Assembly: GCA_965208675.1 (NCBI GenBank)
Contig: OZ242351.1
Span: 992,001-1,056,000 of the forward strand
Direction of reading: 5' to 3'
Length of the DNA stretch: 64,000 nt
DNA from: Candidatus Poribacteria bacterium
GTDB taxonomy: Bacteria; Poribacteria; WGA-4E; PCPOR2b
A program made the position numbers and the translations under genes. Within the stretch, counting starts at the first letter, position 1; each line of letters starts with the position of its first letter. Under the pieces are notes generated by a model. That model worked only from the letters and a program-made list of their open reading frames with translations, did not search any database and was not told the origin of the DNA. This document shows positions 60,429 to 64,000 of this stretch, in pieces.

Positions 60429-63308
60429 GTGGGGGACAAATTCCAACAAGCGGAACAAACTCAGGGAATTTCGTTAAATTTTAATTCGGATTCCCTTCTT
60501 AATTTAACCGACAAAATTAAATCCAGCATTGAAGGACGCATGGATTGGGGAGATACTTTTGGTGTAGGGCTTAGCACCAAAAACAGCAAATACTTGCTGG
60601 TCTGGACCCCGAAAAAATCTTCAGAAGGGAAAATTCTGCCGGGATTTGATTCAGAAGACGGCAAACTTACACTTAAAATGAAGCCTCGGCCGGGAGCGTG
60701 GGTTTCCTGGATTGATGAAGCAAAAGTAGCCGAGGAAGCGGTCGATGACTACGACCGTGTTCGAAAGAGTGTGCAGGAACTTGAGCGGAATACAAGGCAG
60801 ATGATTGATTTCGCGGATGGTGTTCTCAAAGACATTACTGTCTTGCATCTCGGTAAACCGCTCACGTTATCTGAACTCGCGCTTGAGATTTTGGACGTCG
60901 AATTGACAATACCGACGACCATAAAAATTGGAGGGTATGTCTTATCGCAATCTCAGTCGCCAGACGCCGCTGCAGCCAATGTGATTATTCCTGAGCAAAC
61001 GAACATCCATCGGATTCATTTGAATGAGGATGCATTGTTCGAGGCGATTGGAACGGATGGATATGACCAAGTTTTTGTGGTTTACCGCACACATATCAAG
61101 CGTTACCCAGACCTTCTTGACATTAATTACTGTTTAGCGCTTAATGAATATTTTGATGGTGGATCGCCGCCGGAAGATATTGTATCAAATGTTGATCGTT
61201 CCAACTTGACGCAAAGTGCAAAGGAAATAGAGACTTTTCCTACGGCTGCCATCTACGATCCTTTGCAGCCTGATTCAGTTCTATTTGTTGCGATGACATT
61301 CAATGCTTCTTCCGAACAGCTTCGCGAAACGATTTCACAATGTTCGACAGAGATTGACAGTTATGTGTCGAAAGCCAATCAGCGGGCTTCCGAAGTCATG
61401 GCGAATTTTCAAGGGCGAATTGATAGCCGCATTCAAGCCCTTAGCCTTCGATCGAATCAGCGGGTCCACGAAAAAATATGGGATGAAATTGCCAACCACG
61501 AATTGCAGAATCGTATGGTTGAGTTGATAGATTTTTTCGGTGAATACTTTGGCGAAAAATTTGAACCGGATTTAGCTGCTGCCAAAAAAGATCAACTCAA
61601 AACGAGCATTGATTCCATGGTTCAGGATTGGCAACTTCAGGATTTGCGGCAAACTACGCTCAAGCAACTCATACTTACGAGTTACAAATTGGCAAATCAG
61701 GTACTTGACCGCGCTACCGCAATGTTCTACGATCTGGCATTCGAAAAACACTTCATCCAAACGGGACAGATTAAGCCCGTTAATTTACAGGTGCTAGAGG
61801 AAGGCAAAGCTCTAAACCAAGTACACCTGCCTGAGTGGACAAAAAAAACAGTGCGAGACCGACTGCATCTGTTTGCCCTGAAACCGTCCGTCCACCCGAA
61901 CCAGATTGAGAGACTCCGAGGGTTATGGTTGGAATTTCTGGAGATTGCCAACTTTGCCAGCCGAAACAACCAGCAGTTTGATATCATCATGGAACCATTG
62001 GTCGATATCCTGCTCTCTCCTAAACCCTCTCGCAAGACTTCGGCAGATCGGCGCAGGTCGAGGGCGGTTCCTGCCCGGAGGAAACCGGGATTCGACGGAT
62101 TTGAGATTTCTGACGAGGAACTTTCGCGCGTACTTAGCCGAGTCAGAAGTCACTCACACTTAATTGAACGCTGGATTTTGAGTCTGCCCGAACCGAATTA
62201 CAAAAATCAACAGCACCATGCAACGTTGTGGATGATTTTGACTGACGGTATTGTTCGAGAACGGCTTTACAGGAATTTTCAACCGACCTGTGATATCAAT
62301 TTAAGCCTTCCGATAGCGACAAAAAGATTGGTCGATATTGTATTTGGCGGACAGGTTGTCGTATGTGATGAAAAAGATTTGAAACCGCTAAAACGCAATT
62401 TAGACCGCGCACTATCCGAAAGAACGGGGCACGGACTACCAGAAATATCAACGCCTTCCACACTTAAAATACATAGTGACACATTGCTCTGCTTGCTGTA
62501 CGAAAAACTCGCAGCGTACCGGGGGCAATTGGAAAAACGGTTAGCTCAAATTACAAACGCAAAACCTCAGAGCAAAACGGCTAAGTCGAAAAAGGGGCGA
62601 AAGAAGCAGCAATCTAAAACCGATACAGACACAGTTAATACCATCGAATCGGAAATGTCTAATACTGCCGAAATCATAACATTTCTGACTCCATACACCG
62701 AGGCGGCGGAATCGTTGCTTCAAAATGCTATCAACCCCAAGTCAAGGCAACTGAATCAGATTCGTCAGCATCAAGTGTTGAATTTCGATTTGCAAGCGTT
62801 GCCCCCGATCTCGGAATCTTGGTTGGAAGACTTAAAGTCACTTGAGGATTATACAAACCTGCGCGCATTTCTGCTCGAAAACCAACTTCCCATCTCGACA
62901 ACCGGGCGGCTGTTGATGAATTACAGGAGGAGTTTTGAAAACGCCTCGCCTGTCGGGGCGGATGCTGCGGATGACTTTGATGTCGCATTAAATCTCATCC
63001 AAGAACTGAAATCGCTACAAGAAGCAGGATACGCCGGTGAAACGCTCAAGCGATTCAAAAATTACATCGCCGAGAAGTTATGGAGATGGGAATTGACTCA
63101 AATTACAGAAGCAAAATTGGCGGCGTTAATCAAGGAGAAAGTATTGGTGTCAGTTATCTGTTACGAGAAAGACGTTGAAGCTCTACTAGAATTTGCTGAG
63201 CGCTACGAACAACTAATTGAGGCAAAGTTTAACGACAATTTCAAGATGAACGAACAAGCGAAAATGCTAGAAGAAAAATTCAGCGCGCTCGCAAAATCGA
63301 TTTTGTGA
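60429..63308 (+). CDS. Large hypothetical protein (959 aa), helical/coiled-coil
   Basis: Long uninterrupted ORF with two Lys/Arg-rich linkers; no recognised motif. Confidence 0.8.
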   Translation: MGDKFQQAEQTQGISLNFNSDSLLNLTDKIKSSIEGRMDWGDTFGVGLSTKNSKYLLVWTPKKSSEGKILPGFDSEDGKLTLKMKPRPGAWVSWIDEAKVAEEAVDDYDRVRKSVQELERNTRQMIDFADGVLKDITVLHLGKPLTLSELALEILDVELTIPTTIKIGGYVLSQSQSPDAAAANVIIPEQTNIHRIHLNEDALFEAIGTDGYDQVFVVYRTHIKRYPDLLDINYCLALNEYFDGGSPPEDIVSNVDRSNLTQSAKEIETFPTAAIYDPLQPDSVLFVAMTFNASSEQLRETISQCSTEIDSYVSKANQRASEVMANFQGRIDSRIQALSLRSNQRVHEKIWDEIANHELQNRMVELIDFFGEYFGEKFEPDLAAAKKDQLKTSIDSMVQDWQLQDLRQTTLKQLILTSYKLANQVLDRATAMFYDLAFEKHFIQTGQIKPVNLQVLEEGKALNQVHLPEWTKKTVRDRLHLFALKPSVHPNQIERLRGLWLEFLEIANFASRNNQQFDIIMEPLVDILLSPKPSRKTSADRRRSRAVPARRKPGFDGFEISDEELSRVLSRVRSHSHLIERWILSLPEPNYKNQQHHATLWMILTDGIVRERLYRNFQPTCDINLSLPIATKRLVDIVFGGQVVVCDEKDLKPLKRNLDRALSERTGHGLPEISTPSTLKIHSDTLLCLLYEKLAAYRGQLEKRLAQITNAKPQSKTAKSKKGRKKQQSKTDTDTVNTIESEMSNTAEIITFLTPYTEAAESLLQNAINPKSRQLNQIRQHQVLNFDLQALPPISESWLEDLKSLEDYTNLRAFLLENQLPISTTGRLLMNYRRSFENASPVGADAADDFDVALNLIQELKSLQEAGYAGETLKRFKNYIAEKLWRWELTQITEAKLAALIKEKVLVSVICYEKDVEALLEFAERYEQLIEAKFNDNFKMNEQAKMLEEKFSALAKSIL

Positions 63309-63321
63309 ATCAATCATTTAG

Positions 63322-64000
63322 ATGAAGGTTAGCATCATTGGACAAGGCGATAATTTACTCCCTGTAGCTTCAGCAATTTGTCAACTTGGTCTTGCGACTG
63401 AGGTTATGCTGATGAACGGGGATCAACGGGTGTCTATGGCGGTCATTCAAGACTTTCGCGCGGCAGCCGCCAGTGTTGGATCTGACACTAATATACTTAC
63501 GGCGAGTAACCTTACAGCGCTCGTAGGCTCCGAAATTGTCATCCTTTTGCCATCATTGTCTCGACACGGTTGGACAAATGCCCAACGACGTTCAAATGCC
63601 GCCCTTGTTCGCCATTTTGCCCAAGGTATAAATCAACACGCCCCTGCAGCGAAAATAGTGGTTGCCATACCGCCAGCGGCTGCTATGGCTTATGTAATTT
63701 ATCGTGAAATCGGTGCAGAGCCGAGACGAGTGATTGGAGTTTGCGGCAGTATAGTGCATGCCAACCTGAATGGGCGGATTGCCGATAAACTAGGCGTCTC
63801 GGTCCGCGACGTTACGGCGTTAGCGATTGGCGACGACCACACCGTTATCCCGCTTACCCAATATTGTTGTGTAAACGGAATTCCTGTGGATCAACTTCTA
63901 AACGCGGGACAGATTCGTGAGGTTACCGAAGGTGTAAATGATACTCCCAATCAGGCGCTGGCAAATCAGCCGTACAACCTGTCTTCGTGGCTTACAAAAA
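63322..64000 (+). CDS. Malate/lactate dehydrogenase-like protein with degenerate motifs, 3'-truncated by the window edge (not in the ORF track)
   Basis: Open frame from ATG 63322 to the end: MKVSIIGQG..., GSEIVIL, NAALVR...APAAKIVVA, RVIGV, IADKLGVSVRDVTALAIG and VNGIPVDQLL follow the MDH/LDH fold. Confidence 0.78.
   Translation, partial: MKVSIIGQGDNLLPVASAICQLGLATEVMLMNGDQRVSMAVIQDFRAAAASVGSDTNILTASNLTALVGSEIVILLPSLSRHGWTNAQRRSNAALVRHFAQGINQHAPAAKIVVAIPPAAAMAYVIYREIGAEPRRVIGVCGSIVHANLNGRIADKLGVSVRDVTALAIGDDHTVIPLTQYCCVNGIPVDQLLNAGQIREVTEGVNDTPNQALANQPYNLSSWLTK

Noticed and set aside
233-62988. The many short antisense or alternate-frame ORFs in the track
   Set aside because: They are shadows of well-supported longer genes, with no independent signals.

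Overview
Bacterial chromosomal window, standard genetic code, about 50% GC. The repeat types and one recurrent small domain suggest Ca. Poribacteria or a related lineage, but that is inference only. Positions 1-40.2 kb are mostly housekeeping and metabolic genes: GH127-like hydrolase, cytochrome b/tri-haem c fusion, K+ channel, a ThDP enzyme split by an in-frame TGA, CCA enzyme-M50 protease-trpS-scpAB, two thrC paralogues, xylonate dehydratase, recD2, egtD with a betaine-type ABC importer, archease, a multidomain Omp85 protein, a sigma-54 promoter with upstream activator sites next to a PAS kinase/NtrC pair, and sugar oxidoreductases. Positions 40.2-52.1 kb are an accessory patch. It holds an array of long GTAG-type REP-like repeats interleaved with small genes, two different IS3 elements 3 bp apart, a methyltransferase-Mrr fusion, two unknown tandem paralogues and an orphan phage terminase pair with no integrase, portal or capsid. 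Next comes an unrecognised ~285-340 nt highly base-paired RNA candidate with promoters and an intrinsic terminator, upstream of two Zn-ribbon-bearing ABC exporters and a DUF1854 gene. The window ends with guaB, a 959-aa ORFan and a catalytically degenerate MDH/LDH homologue. No rRNA, tRNA or CRISPR array was found.
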